Part shown: positions 18,556-27,061 of the stretch, piece by piece
Layout: each line of letters begins with the position of its first letter
Position numbering within the stretch: the stretch's first letter is position 1
Source: a virus
Taxonomy: Duplodnaviria; Heunggongvirae; Uroviricota; Caudoviricetes
Direction: 5' to 3' (one strand)
Length of the DNA stretch: 51,857 nt
Virus record (IMG/VR): IMGVR_UViG_2925891887_000006
Location: 1-51,857 of that record
The notes under the pieces: generated by a model
The model's database searches: none
Told to the model about the DNA's origin: nothing
What the model saw: only the letters and a program-made list of their open reading frames with translations
Position numbers and translations under genes: made by a program

Positions 18556-18924
18556 TTAGTCAGCGAAGGTTAAGACGAGAATTACCTTAATGATGTCTGC
18601 TACAACAGACACGGCCATAGATAAACCAAAGACGATCCAAGCCATAGAGATGTCTTCACTACCATCGTATAGGGTTCCGTAATCACTGGTGTAAGGCGTA
18701 AATGTCGCGCCTTGATACAATAGGTATAAGCTTGATCCATAGAGGATAAATGCAGATATCCCTTGTATTGCTATGATCACTAGAATCATGAAACGAGCTG
18801 ATCTATGCGCCCAAGCCTGGCTTATTTTTTCTGATAGAGATTTCGCAATAAAAGCATGCGCTAAGCCGTAAATTGTTGAGATTGCCAACATCCCCAAAAA
18901 GCTTGCTATAGCGGTTCCAACCAT
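18556..18924 (-). CDS. Membrane protein (about 3 TM segments) co-transcribed downstream of cI (rex-like position)
   Basis: 122 aa with three long hydrophobic stretches; between cI and OL/PL. Confidence 0.6.
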   Translation of the reverse strand: MVGTAIASFLGMLAISTIYGLAHAFIAKSLSEKISQAWAHRSARFMILVIIAIQGISAFILYGSSLYLLYQGATFTPYTSDYGTLYDGSEDISMAWIVFGLSMAVSVVADIIKVILVLTFAD

Positions 18925-18942
18925 AAGCGCCCCCTTGCGTGA

Positions 18943-19659
18943 TCAAACCAGTCTGAGTTTTGTCTCAATTGCAACGCCTATAATCTTGCAGTTTCCATTG
19001 ATTGGCACGAGAGGCCATGCAGGATTAAGTCCCTTGAGGTATTTATTTCCGCCGTCGATTATCAGCTTCTTGAATGTTGCTTCGTTAGAGTCAGAAAGTT
19101 TTGCTATGACCAAGCTGCCGTTGATCGCCTCCCTTCCGGTATCGAAAAGAACGAATGTTCCCTCTGGAATGCTTAACCCAACCGGTGCCGTCATTGAATC
19201 ACCTTCCACTTTAAGCCAGAACGCATTACCTTGAATATGCGCGTCAGACTCAAGCCAAACATCTATGTCTTTAATGGTGTATGGTTCGCATGCTTCACAC
19301 CACGAGCCAGCCTGGATACTGCTTAACACCGGATACCTCTTTCCTGCTCTGTATTCCCCTGCATACCTTACGTTGGCATCGCTCTTAAGGCTTTCTGCCT
19401 GTTCTGCAACCTTGGCAGCAATTGACTGGCTAAAATCAGCAATTGAGACTTGCAACAATCGTGCAAAACCAGATGCAACCTCAACGTTTAGCGCATTTCT
19501 GCCATTAAGATAATGCCCTACCGCTCCTTGGGTGATACCCAGTTCATCAGCGATTGAGTATTGGGTTATTCCCAATTCTTTCTTTTTTGACTCATACAAA
19601 GCCTTAAGCCGCTTAGCGTCTTCCAGCTGTTCTGTCGTCAGTGATTTTTTATTTTCCAT
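18943..19659 (-). CDS. cI: CI-type repressor (HTH plus S24 LexA-like autopeptidase)
   Basis: N-terminal HTH; C-terminal GDSM and Lys of the Ser-Lys dyad. Confidence 0.9.
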   Translation of the reverse strand: MENKKSLTTEQLEDAKRLKALYESKKKELGITQYSIADELGITQGAVGHYLNGRNALNVEVASGFARLLQVSIADFSQSIAAKVAEQAESLKSDANVRYAGEYRAGKRYPVLSSIQAGSWCEACEPYTIKDIDVWLESDAHIQGNAFWLKVEGDSMTAPVGLSIPEGTFVLFDTGREAINGSLVIAKLSDSNEATFKKLIIDGGNKYLKGLNPAWPLVPINGNCKIIGVAIETKLRLV

Positions 19660-19694
19660 AGCTTAATTCTAATAGCTAAGGTACTTAAACTAAA

Positions 19695-19735
19695 AATACC
19701 CTGAGTATTGATTGCTTTGAATACCTGTAGTATTC
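19695..19735. promoter_or_regulatory. OR operator palindromes (PR/PRM region)
   Basis: AATACCCTGAGTATT and GAATACCTGTAGTATTC between divergent cI and cro. Confidence 0.55.
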
Positions 19736-19759
19736 TTTGTTCATGGTTAATAACGGAGA

Positions 19760-19960
19760 GTGCATATGATTCGAATGACACTTGCCGATTACGCCAAAAT
19801 CCATGGACAGGCTAAAGCAGCCAGTGACTTTGGTGTAATCCAGTGCGCTATCAGCAAGGCCATTCTGGCAGGCCGTAACATCATGGTTACGGTAAAGCCT
19901 GATGGCAGTGTGATTGGAGAGGAAGTTCGTCCTTTCCCAAGCAACAAGAAAAACAAATAG
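19760..19960 (+). CDS. cro: Cro repressor
   Basis: Strong similarity to lambda Cro as recalled (GQ.K.A.D.GV.Q.AI.KAI.AGR...DGSV..EEV.PFPSNKK). Confidence 0.85.
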   Translation: MHMIRMTLADYAKIHGQAKAASDFGVIQCAISKAILAGRNIMVTVKPDGSVIGEEVRPFPSNKKNK

Positions 19961-19966
19961 TAACAC

Positions 19967-20011
19967 CGCTCTTTAACAGTCATGGTCCACATTCCCGCCG
20001 AAATGCGGGAA
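19967..20011 (+). promoter_or_regulatory. nutR (boxA CGCTCTTTAACA plus boxB hairpin)
   Basis: boxA at 19967..19978; boxB TTCCCGCCGAAATGCGGGAA at 19992..20011, directly after cro. Confidence 0.7.
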
Positions 20012-20068
20012 TACAACGCGCATAAGTTGATGCGCATAACTTCTTATTAGTTAAGGAAATACTTACAT

Positions 20069-20347
20069 ATGCAACTTACAAGTACTCGCAAGAAAGCGAA
20101 TGCAATTACAAGCAACATCCTGAATCGAATTGCTGTACGTGGTCAGCGAAAGGTTGCCGACGCGTTAGGGATTAATGAATCGCAAATTTCGCGATGGAAA
20201 GACAGCTTCATCCCAAAGATGGCCATGCTTCTGGCTGTGCTGGAGTGGGGTGTTGAAGACGAGGAATTAGCGGAGCTGGCAAAGAAAGTAGCCATGGTGC
20301 TGACAAAAGAAAAGCCTCAAGACTGCGGCAACAGTTTTGAGGCCTGA
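20069..20347 (+). CDS. cII: CII transcriptional activator
   Basis: Matches lambda CII as recalled (SQISRWK...IPK..MLLAVLEWGV). Confidence 0.85.
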   Translation: MQLTSTRKKANAITSNILNRIAVRGQRKVADALGINESQISRWKDSFIPKMAMLLAVLEWGVEDEELAELAKKVAMVLTKEKPQDCGNSFEA

Positions 20348-20381
20348 TGTAGAAAGACTGGATCAATCCACAGGAGTAATT

Positions 20382-20543
20382 ATGACAAAACGTCGTAAGA
20401 AATACCAGGAAAAAGAAGAGATTCGACACCCTGATTCACCTGAGGGATTAGTGGTAGCCGCAGCAAATAACAGGGCGTTCGCAGAGCGCCTTGTTGGTGT
20501 TTACAGACTAGCCAAAGCAGGAGTGAAACATGGGCGTCGTTAA
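20382..20543 (+). CDS. Small basic hypothetical protein
   Basis: Internal Met MTKRRKKYQEK of ORF 20337..20543. Confidence 0.35.
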   Translation: MTKRRKKYQEKEEIRHPDSPEGLVVAAANNRAFAERLVGVYRLAKAGVKHGRR

Positions 20544-21420
20544 GTTAGCTGATTACAGGCATAACCCTGTACAACATCAGGAGGCATCCAGTATGGGGTA
20601 TGTCTCTATACACCGCCAGTTTATGGACAGCAGGCTCTATAAGGACTCTCAGGCAGTACATCTTTGGCTTCACTTAATCCTCAAGGCTAATCACGAATCT
20701 ACTGTCGTCAATACGGATATCGGTCCGATAACTGTTGATCGCGGTCAGATGATAACTGGACGCCCGTCGCTGGTCAGAGAAACATTCATCCCCGACAACA
20801 AAGTTCGGAGCTTATTACGGACTTTTGAGTCGAAAGGGATGCTTAATATTTGCTCGATGGGGAAGAAATTTAGCCTGTTTACAATCGTTAAATATGACGA
20901 TTTTCAGGCAAAAAATTGTCCAACGGTTGTCCAACGGTTGTCCAACGCAAACACCAGTAATGGCGCGGCTCTCAGCGGAGATTGTCCAACGGTTGTCCAA
21001 CGGTTGTCCATAAACAATAATATAAATAATATCTCTAATACTGACGTATTAGAGAGTGCCACAGCAGACAAAAAGTCTGACAAGAAAAAACCTTCCGTTA
21101 GCTGTCAGGATGTTGTCGATGCTTACCACGAAATCCTTCCTGAAGCGCCAAGAATCCGCGCACTGAATGACAAGCGTAAAAACCAGATCCGAACGTTCTG
21201 GCGCAAAGCCGGAGTGATAACCCGCCAGCTTGACGGGCATGGGTTCACAATGCAGGACTGGAGAAATTATTTGAGCTACGTAGGCGAAAATTGCCGATGG
21301 ATGTTCGAAGAGCGTCCAAACCATCAACGCGGAACTGTCTGGCACAAAAAGGGATTTGATTTCCTGCTTAACGATAATACCTACCTGAAAGTTCGTGAGG
21401 GTGAACACGATGACCGATAA
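20530..21420 (+). CDS. Replication initiator (lambda O / P22 gp18-like) with ori iterons inside the gene
   Basis: 296 aa; internal peptide repeat NCPTVVQRLS reflects the DNA iterons; followed by a helicase gene. Confidence 0.8.
   Translation: MGVVKLADYRHNPVQHQEASSMGYVSIHRQFMDSRLYKDSQAVHLWLHLILKANHESTVVNTDIGPITVDRGQMITGRPSLVRETFIPDNKVRSLLRTFESKGMLNICSMGKKFSLFTIVKYDDFQAKNCPTVVQRLSNANTSNGAALSGDCPTVVQRLSINNNINNISNTDVLESATADKKSDKKKPSVSCQDVVDAYHEILPEAPRIRALNDKRKNQIRTFWRKAGVITRQLDGHGFTMQDWRNYLSYVGENCRWMFEERPNHQRGTVWHKKGFDFLLNDNTYLKVREGEHDDR
20916..21014 (+). repeat. Origin iterons: TTGTCCAACGG x3, spacer, x3, then AT-rich tract
   Basis: Copies at 20916, 20927, 20938, 20982, 20993, 21004, followed by ATAAACAATAATATAAATAATAT. 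Confidence 0.75.
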
Positions 21421-22846
21421 TTTTTATGCGCCGCCCCATAGCATCGAGGCAGAGCAGGCGGTGATTGGTGGATTGCTTCTGGATGATGACAGCAGTGAGC
21501 GCGTCCGGAAGGTTCTGGCGATGCTGAAGCCTGATTCATTTTACAGCCGGCCACACAAAATCATTTTCGAAGAAATAACCAGAATGCACCGTGAGCAAAA
21601 GCCAGTAGATGGCCTGACGCTTTTCGATGAACTGGAGCGTAAATCGTTAACGGCGTCTGTTGGCGGTTTTGCTTATATCGCTGAGATCGCAAAGAACACG
21701 CCAAGCGCAGCAAACATCGTTGCCTATGCAATGCAGGTTCGCGAAACCGCAATGGAACGCTACGCCATCAACCGCATGACTGAAGCGACGGAATTGCTCT
21801 ATTCCCGCAACGGAATGACTGCAACGCAGAAGTACGAAGCTATTCAGTCGATTTTCACGCAACTGACAGACCATGCAAAAACCGGATCGCGTCGCGGCCT
21901 TCGCTCATTTGGTGAGGTCATGGAAGACTGGGTTAGCGACCTTGAGAAGCGATTTGACCCGTCAGGCGAACAACGGGGAATGAGCACAGGGATCCCATCG
22001 CTGGACAGGATGCTGTCACCGAAAGGTCTGGTGAAAGGCTCTCTGTTTGTCATTGGCGCTCGCCCTAAGATGGGGAAAACGACGCTATACAGCCAGATGG
22101 CAATCAACTGCGCAGTGCATGAGAAAAAGCCCGCTCTGATGTTCAGCCTTGAAATGCCCGGTGACCAGATACTGGAAAAACTGGTAGGACAGAAGTCAGG
22201 TGTTAACCCGAATATTTTTTACCTTCCAGCGACAAATGACGCTGATGACGGCTATCAGGGTGATTACGATGGTGACTTCAACAGGGCGATCGAAACAGCC
22301 AATCGCTTGAGTGAAATCGACCTGCTTTACATCGACGACACGCCGGGATTATCTCTGGCTCAAATCGTCAGTGAAAGCCGTCGAATCAAGCGAGAAAAAG
22401 GATGTGTTGGCATGATTCTGGTCGATTACCTGACACTAATGACCGCTGAGAAGGCCGATCGCAACGACCTTGCTTACGGCATGATCACCAAAGGACTGAA
22501 GAACCTTGCCAAAGAGCTTGATTGCGTTGTTGTGCTTCTGACACAGCTTAACCGCGCATTGGAAAGCCGAACCAATAAACGCCCATTACCAAGTGACTCG
22601 CGCGATACAGGACAGATTGAACAGGATTGCGATTATTGGGTGGGGATCCATCGTGAAGGTGCTTTTGATGACAGTGTTCCACCTGGTGAAACCGAACTAA
22701 TCCTTCGTCTCAATCGTCATGGCAATACCGGCACGGTGTATTGCATTCAGGCAAATGGCGCTATTTATGACACAGACCAACAGTCTGCTGAAATGCGCCG
22801 CCGTGAACGCGAGGAACCGCAGTCCAAGAAGAAAGGAGGATTCTGA
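21395..22846 (+). CDS. Replicative DNA helicase (DnaB-like, P22 gp12-type)
   Basis: Walker A GARPKMGKTT; DnaB-like N- and C-domains. Confidence 0.9.
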   Translation: MRVNTMTDNFYAPPHSIEAEQAVIGGLLLDDDSSERVRKVLAMLKPDSFYSRPHKIIFEEITRMHREQKPVDGLTLFDELERKSLTASVGGFAYIAEIAKNTPSAANIVAYAMQVRETAMERYAINRMTEATELLYSRNGMTATQKYEAIQSIFTQLTDHAKTGSRRGLRSFGEVMEDWVSDLEKRFDPSGEQRGMSTGIPSLDRMLSPKGLVKGSLFVIGARPKMGKTTLYSQMAINCAVHEKKPALMFSLEMPGDQILEKLVGQKSGVNPNIFYLPATNDADDGYQGDYDGDFNRAIETANRLSEIDLLYIDDTPGLSLAQIVSESRRIKREKGCVGMILVDYLTLMTAEKADRNDLAYGMITKGLKNLAKELDCVVVLLTQLNRALESRTNKRPLPSDSRDTGQIEQDCDYWVGIHREGAFDDSVPPGETELILRLNRHGNTGTVYCIQANGAIYDTDQQSAEMRRREREEPQSKKKGGF

Positions 22847-22876
22847 TGACCATCTACATCACTGAGCTAATAACAG

Positions 22877-22903
22877 GGGCTATTTACACAGTAGCCCTTT
22901 TTT
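22877..22903 (+). terminator. Intrinsic terminator after the replication module
   Basis: GGGCTA-9 nt-TAGCCC followed by TTTTTT. Confidence 0.6.
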
Positions 22904-22930
22904 ATTGGATTAAGAACGAGGGGGATCCTG

Positions 22931-23143
22931 ATGGACACCGTTAACGGAATGTGTTCAGACGCGCCGCGTGCCAAAAAATGTAAATGCGGAAAATCACCGA
23001 CAATATTCGACATGGAGAACGGGTGCCAAATCTACTGCGCTAACCACGCTGTTGTGGCGGCCGCGAATTATCGCAGTGCGGTAACGGAGTGGAATAACCT
23101 GAAATCTGTTAGAGAGGGAAGTCATGAAAAAACTAACCTTTGA
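22931..23143 (+). CDS. Cys-rich hypothetical protein
   Basis: 70-aa ORF. Confidence 0.45.
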   Translation: MDTVNGMCSDAPRAKKCKCGKSPTIFDMENGCQIYCANHAVVAAANYRSAVTEWNNLKSVREGSHEKTNL

Positions 23144-23564
23144 AATTCGATCTCCAGCACATCAGCAAAACGCTATTCACGCAGTACAGCAAATCCTTCC
23201 AGACCCAACCAAACCAATCGTAGTAACCATTCAGGAACGCAACCGCAGCTTAGACCAGAATCGAAAGCTTTGGGCTTGCCTTGGTGACGTCTCTCGTCAG
23301 GTTGAATGGCATGGTCGCTGGCTGGATGCAGAAAGCTGGAAGTGCGTTTTTACAGCAGCATTAAAGCAGCAGGACGTTGTTCCTAACCTTGCCGGGAATG
23401 GCTTTGTGGTAATAGGCCAGTCAACCAGCAGGATGCGTGTAAGCGAATTTGCGGAGCTATTAGAGCTTATACAGGCATTCGGTACAGAGCGTGGCGTTAA
23501 GTGGTCAGACGAAGCGCGACTGGCTCTCGAATGGAAAGCGCGATGGGGAGATCGGGCTGCATGA
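23124..23564 (+). CDS. ninB: NinB (Orf-family recombination mediator)
   Basis: 146 aa; lambda NinB-like. Confidence 0.8.
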   Translation: MKKLTFEIRSPAHQQNAIHAVQQILPDPTKPIVVTIQERNRSLDQNRKLWACLGDVSRQVEWHGRWLDAESWKCVFTAALKQQDVVPNLAGNGFVVIGQSTSRMRVSEFAELLELIQAFGTERGVKWSDEARLALEWKARWGDRAA

Positions 23565-24088
23565 CTATCAAATCAAATACGCCAGCACACGACAAGGACT
23601 GCTGGCAAACGCCGCTTTGGCTTTTTGATGCGCTGGATATTGAGTTTGGATTCTGGCTGGATTCAGCAGCGAGCGACAAAAATGCTCTGTGCGCTCACTG
23701 GCTAACTGAGGCCGACGACGCGCTCAATTCTGAGTGGGTAAGCCACGGTGCAATCTGGAATAACCCACCGTACAGCAATATCAGGCCGTGGGTGGAAAAA
23801 GCCGCTGAGCAGTGCATACAACAGCGACAGACGGTAGTTATGCTTGTGCCAGAGGATATGTCAGTCGGATGGTTCAGCAAGGCTCTGGAGAGTGTCGACG
23901 AAGTTCGCATTATCACTGATGGACGGATTAATTTTATCGAACCATCGACAGGGTTGGAGAAGAAGGGAAACAGCAAAGGCTCCATGCTGCTGATTTGGCG
24001 ACCGTTCATCAGTCCTCGACGGATGTTTACTACCGTATCCAAAGCGGCATTGATGGCGATCGGGCAGGGCGTCAGGAGGGCGGCATGA
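23561..24088 (+). CDS. Phage N6-adenine DNA methyltransferase (Dam-like, orphan)
   Basis: NPPY motif (IWNNPPYSN); ATGA overlap with ninB stop. Confidence 0.8.
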   Translation: MTIKSNTPAHDKDCWQTPLWLFDALDIEFGFWLDSAASDKNALCAHWLTEADDALNSEWVSHGAIWNNPPYSNIRPWVEKAAEQCIQQRQTVVMLVPEDMSVGWFSKALESVDEVRIITDGRINFIEPSTGLEKKGNSKGSMLLIWRPFISPRRMFTTVSKAALMAIGQGVRRAA

Positions 24089-24267
24089 GGCGACAGCGAC
24101 GAAGTTTCACCGACATCATCTGCGAAAACTGCAAATACCTTCCAACGAAACGCTCCAGAAATAAACGCAAGCCAATCCCAAAAGAATCTGACGTAAAAAC
24201 CTTCAATTACACGGCTCACCTGTGGGATATCCGGTGGCTTAGAGAACGTGCGAGGAAAACAAGGTGA
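24085..24267 (+). CDS. ninE: NinE
   Basis: [23 protein letters not shown]... matches lambda NinE as recalled. Confidence 0.8.
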   Translation: MRRQRRSFTDIICENCKYLPTKRSRNKRKPIPKESDVKTFNYTAHLWDIRWLRERARKTR

Positions 24268-24437
24268 TTGACCCAAATCGAAGTTACGAACAAGGAAGTG
24301 TCGAGCGAGCTTTAACGTGCGCTAACTGCGGTCAGAAGCTGCATGTGCTGGAAGTTCACGTGTGCTCCGATTGCTGCGCAGAACTGATGAGCGATCCGAA
24401 TAGCTCAATGTACGAGGAAGAAGACGATGGTGATTAG
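24264..24437 (+). CDS. ninF: NinF (GTG start)
   Basis: Hand-translated [34 protein letters not shown]...; below ORF-track cutoff. Confidence 0.6.
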   Translation: MIDPNRSYEQGSVERALTCANCGQKLHVLEVHVCSDCCAELMSDPNSSMYEEEDDGD

Positions 24438-24819
24438 CCGATACGGACAAATAACGTTTAAACATTTTCAAGACAATCCAACATGGGCTGCTGCGGCTGG
24501 ATATGACTTTAATTATTTTGATTGTCTGTCAGTCGCATGTATTGCAACTACCAATGTTGCTAACAACATAATCGATGAATTCTTGGATTTTCCAGAATAT
24601 CAGGTCAGAGAGTTGCCTGCATTTTTTGTGAAAGTATCTGTTGCTACAGCTCTGTTATTTATTTTGTTATTCGCATATCCATTGCTTGCCGTATTTGTTT
24701 ATGTGAGATGCAAGCACTCACAAAAGGAATACAGCGGAGAGCATACCGATATTACCAGCACAAATATGCGAGTGTGGTTGAGGAGATGCCAAGAGAATTG
24801 GGGGAGACGTCATGGCTAA
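24427..24819 (+). CDS. Hypothetical protein with C-terminal TM segment (nin-region insert)
   Basis: 130 aa; AT-rich; hydrophobic stretch LPAFFVKVSVATALLFILLFAYPLLAVFVYV. Confidence 0.5.
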   Translation: MVISRYGQITFKHFQDNPTWAAAAGYDFNYFDCLSVACIATTNVANNIIDEFLDFPEYQVRELPAFFVKVSVATALLFILLFAYPLLAVFVYVRCKHSQKEYSGEHTDITSTNMRVWLRRCQENWGRRHG

Positions 24820-25102
24820 CCTACGCAAAGAAGCTCGCGGCAGAGAATGCCAGGTACGTATTTACGGCGTATGCAATGGTAATCCTGAAACTACAGTTCT
24901 GGCACATTACCGGATGGCTGGAATTTGCGGAACGGGAATGAAACCTGACGACCTGATCGGTGCATGGGCTTGTAGTGACTGCCACGCGGAGATCGACCGA
25001 CGCACAAGGATTCTCGACAACAAAGACGCCAGACTTTACCACCTCGAAGGCGTGATCAGGACGCAGGCGATACTGCTGAAGGAGGGAAAGATTAAGCCAT
25101 GA
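24812..25102 (+). CDS. YbcO-like (DUF1364) Cys-rich protein
   Basis: 96 aa with several Cys/His; resembles the gene that precedes rusA in lambdoid prophages. Confidence 0.55.
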   Translation: MANLRKEARGRECQVRIYGVCNGNPETTVLAHYRMAGICGTGMKPDDLIGAWACSDCHAEIDRRTRILDNKDARLYHLEGVIRTQAILLKEGKIKP

Positions 25103-25623
25103 ACGGTAAAAGATATCCAACACAAAAAGAAATCAATGAATTGTATGAATATAATAGCGAAACAGGTTTGTTTATATACAAGAGAAGAGAAAGTGTAAGA
25201 GAGTGCTGGAATTCAACATATGCCGGTAAGATTGCTGGTTCTATAGATGAAAAAGGATACGTTCGTATATCTGTAAATAAAAAAGTTTGTCGAGCTCATA
25301 GAATCGCATGGATATCCTTTTATGGAAGTGAACCTGATGGGGAAATTGACCACATAAATGGAATTAAAAGTGATAACAGAATATGCAATTTGCGCGTTGT
25401 AGATGATAAACAGAACTCAAGGAACAGAAAAAAGCCTATTAATAATCGCTCTGGAGTAATGGGTGTTGCCTACTATAAGAAGAATAAAAAGTGGGGCGCA
25501 TATATAAACAGTGATAATAAAAAGATATTTCTTGGATTATACGATGACATATCTCTAGCCGTTAATGCCAGAAAATTGGCGGAATCACGATTGGGGTATC
25601 ACCATAATCATGGGAGAGGATAA
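25099..25623 (+). CDS. HNH homing-endonuclease-like protein with AP2-like domain
   Basis: HRIAW...DHINGIKSDNRICNLR; AT-rich; paralogue of 13222..13755. Confidence 0.75.
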   Translation: MNGKRYPTQKEINELYEYNSETGLFIYKRRESVRECWNSTYAGKIAGSIDEKGYVRISVNKKVCRAHRIAWISFYGSEPDGEIDHINGIKSDNRICNLRVVDDKQNSRNRKKPINNRSGVMGVAYYKKNKKWGAYINSDNKKIFLGLYDDISLAVNARKLAESRLGYHHNHGRG

Positions 25624-25986
25624 ATGGCAGAATACAGATTCACACTTCCGTACCCACCGTCGCTGAACACCTACTGGCGAAGACGGGGAAGCCAATACTA
25701 CATCAGCGATAAAGGCCAGAAATACCGAAAAGACGTTCAGCAAATCATCCGCCAACTCAAGTTAGACATTTTCACCAAATCACGACTCCGCATCAAAGTC
25801 ATCGCAGACGTTCCAGACTCCCGCCGCCGCGACCTCGATAACATCCTGAAGGGTTTACTCGACTCCCTTATCCACGCCGGATTTGCGGAAGACGACGAGC
25901 AATTCGATGACATTCGCGTAATTCGTGGTGTGAAAGTACCAGGCGGACGGCTTGGAATAAAAATCACCGAACTGGAGAACGCATGA
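25624..25986 (+). CDS. rusA: RusA Holliday-junction resolvase
   Basis: 120 aa; RusA family pattern. Confidence 0.85.
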   Translation: MAEYRFTLPYPPSLNTYWRRRGSQYYISDKGQKYRKDVQQIIRQLKLDIFTKSRLRIKVIADVPDSRRRDLDNILKGLLDSLIHAGFAEDDEQFDDIRVIRGVKVPGGRLGIKITELENA

Positions 25987-26171
25987 ACGCCACAATTCAA
26001 ACGATACCAGAGCTTCTTATCCAGACACGAGGCAATCAGACCGAAGTGGCGAGGATGCTTTCCTGCGCAAGAGGAACAGTGCTCAAGTACAACCGAGACA
26101 GCAAAGGTGAGCGTCACGTAATAGTTAACGGCGTCCTGATGGTCAAACAGGGCAAGAGGGGTAGACCATGA
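25983..26171 (+). CDS. ninH: NinH
   Basis: GNQTEVAR...SRGTV.KY motif as in lambda NinH. Confidence 0.7.
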   Translation: MNATIQTIPELLIQTRGNQTEVARMLSCARGTVLKYNRDSKGERHVIVNGVLMVKQGKRGRP

Positions 26172-26791
26172 GACTCGAAAGTGTAGCTAAATTTCATTCG
26201 CCAAAAAGCCCGATGATGAGCGACTCACCACGGGCCACGGCTTCTGACTCCCTTTCCGGTACTGATGTGATGGCTGCTATGGGGATGGCACAATCACAAG
26301 CCGGATTCGGAATGGCTGCATTCTGCGGTAAGCATGAACTCAGCCAGAACGACAAACAAAAGGCTATCAACTATCTGATGCAATTTGCACACAAGGTATC
26401 GGGGAAATACCGTGGTGTGGCAAAGCTCGAAGGAAATACTAAGGCAAAGGTACTGCAAGTGCTCGCAACATTCGCTTATGCGGATTATTGCCGTAGTGCC
26501 GCGACGCCGGGCGCAAGATGCAGAGATTGCCACGGTACAGGCCGTGCGGTTGATATAGCCAAAACAGAGCAGTGGGGGAGAGTTGTTGAGAAAGAGTGCG
26601 GAAGATGCAAAGGTGTCGGCTATTCAAGGATGCCAGCAAGCGCCGCATATCGCGCTGTAACGATGCTAATCCCCAACCTTACCCAACCCACATGGTCACG
26701 CACTGTTAAGCCGCTGTATGACGCTCTGGTGGTGCAATGCCACAAAGAAGAGTCAATCGCAGACAACATTTTGAATGCGGTCACACGTTAG
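26168..26791 (+). CDS. Q: Late antiterminator Q (lambda type)
   Basis: 207 aa; essentially the lambda Q sequence as recalled. Confidence 0.9.
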   Translation: MRLESVAKFHSPKSPMMSDSPRATASDSLSGTDVMAAMGMAQSQAGFGMAAFCGKHELSQNDKQKAINYLMQFAHKVSGKYRGVAKLEGNTKAKVLQVLATFAYADYCRSAATPGARCRDCHGTGRAVDIAKTEQWGRVVEKECGRCKGVGYSRMPASAAYRAVTMLIPNLTQPTWSRTVKPLYDALVVQCHKEESIADNILNAVTR

Positions 26792-26833
26792 CAGCATGAT
26801 TGCCACGGATGGCAACATATTAACGGCATGATA

Positions 26834-26862
26834 TTGACTTTTTGAATAAAGTTGGGTAAATT
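26834..26862 (+). promoter_or_regulatory. Late promoter PR' (-35 TTGACT, 17-bp spacer, -10 TAAATT), overlapping qut
   Basis: Sequence matches the lambda PR' region as recalled. Confidence 0.7.
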
Positions 26863-27004
26863 TGACCCAACGATGGGTTAATTCGCTCGTTGTGGTAGTG
26901 AGATAAAAAGAGGCGGCGCTTACTACCGATTCCGCCTAGTTGGTCACTTCGACGTATCGTCTGGAACTCCAACCATCGCAGGCTGAGAGGTCTGCAAAAT
27001 GCAA

Positions 27005-27061
27005 TCCCGAAACAGTTCGCAGGTAATAGTTAGAGCCTGCATAACGGTTTCGGGATTTTTT
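27005..27061 (+). terminator. tR' terminator (end of the short 6S-type late leader)
   Basis: TCCCGAAAC...GTTTCGGGA hairpin followed by TTTTTTAT. Confidence 0.75.

Noticed and set aside
20916-21014. Direct repeats considered as a possible CRISPR array
   Set aside because: 11-bp units without spacers of regular length, located inside a replication initiator gene; these are ori iterons.
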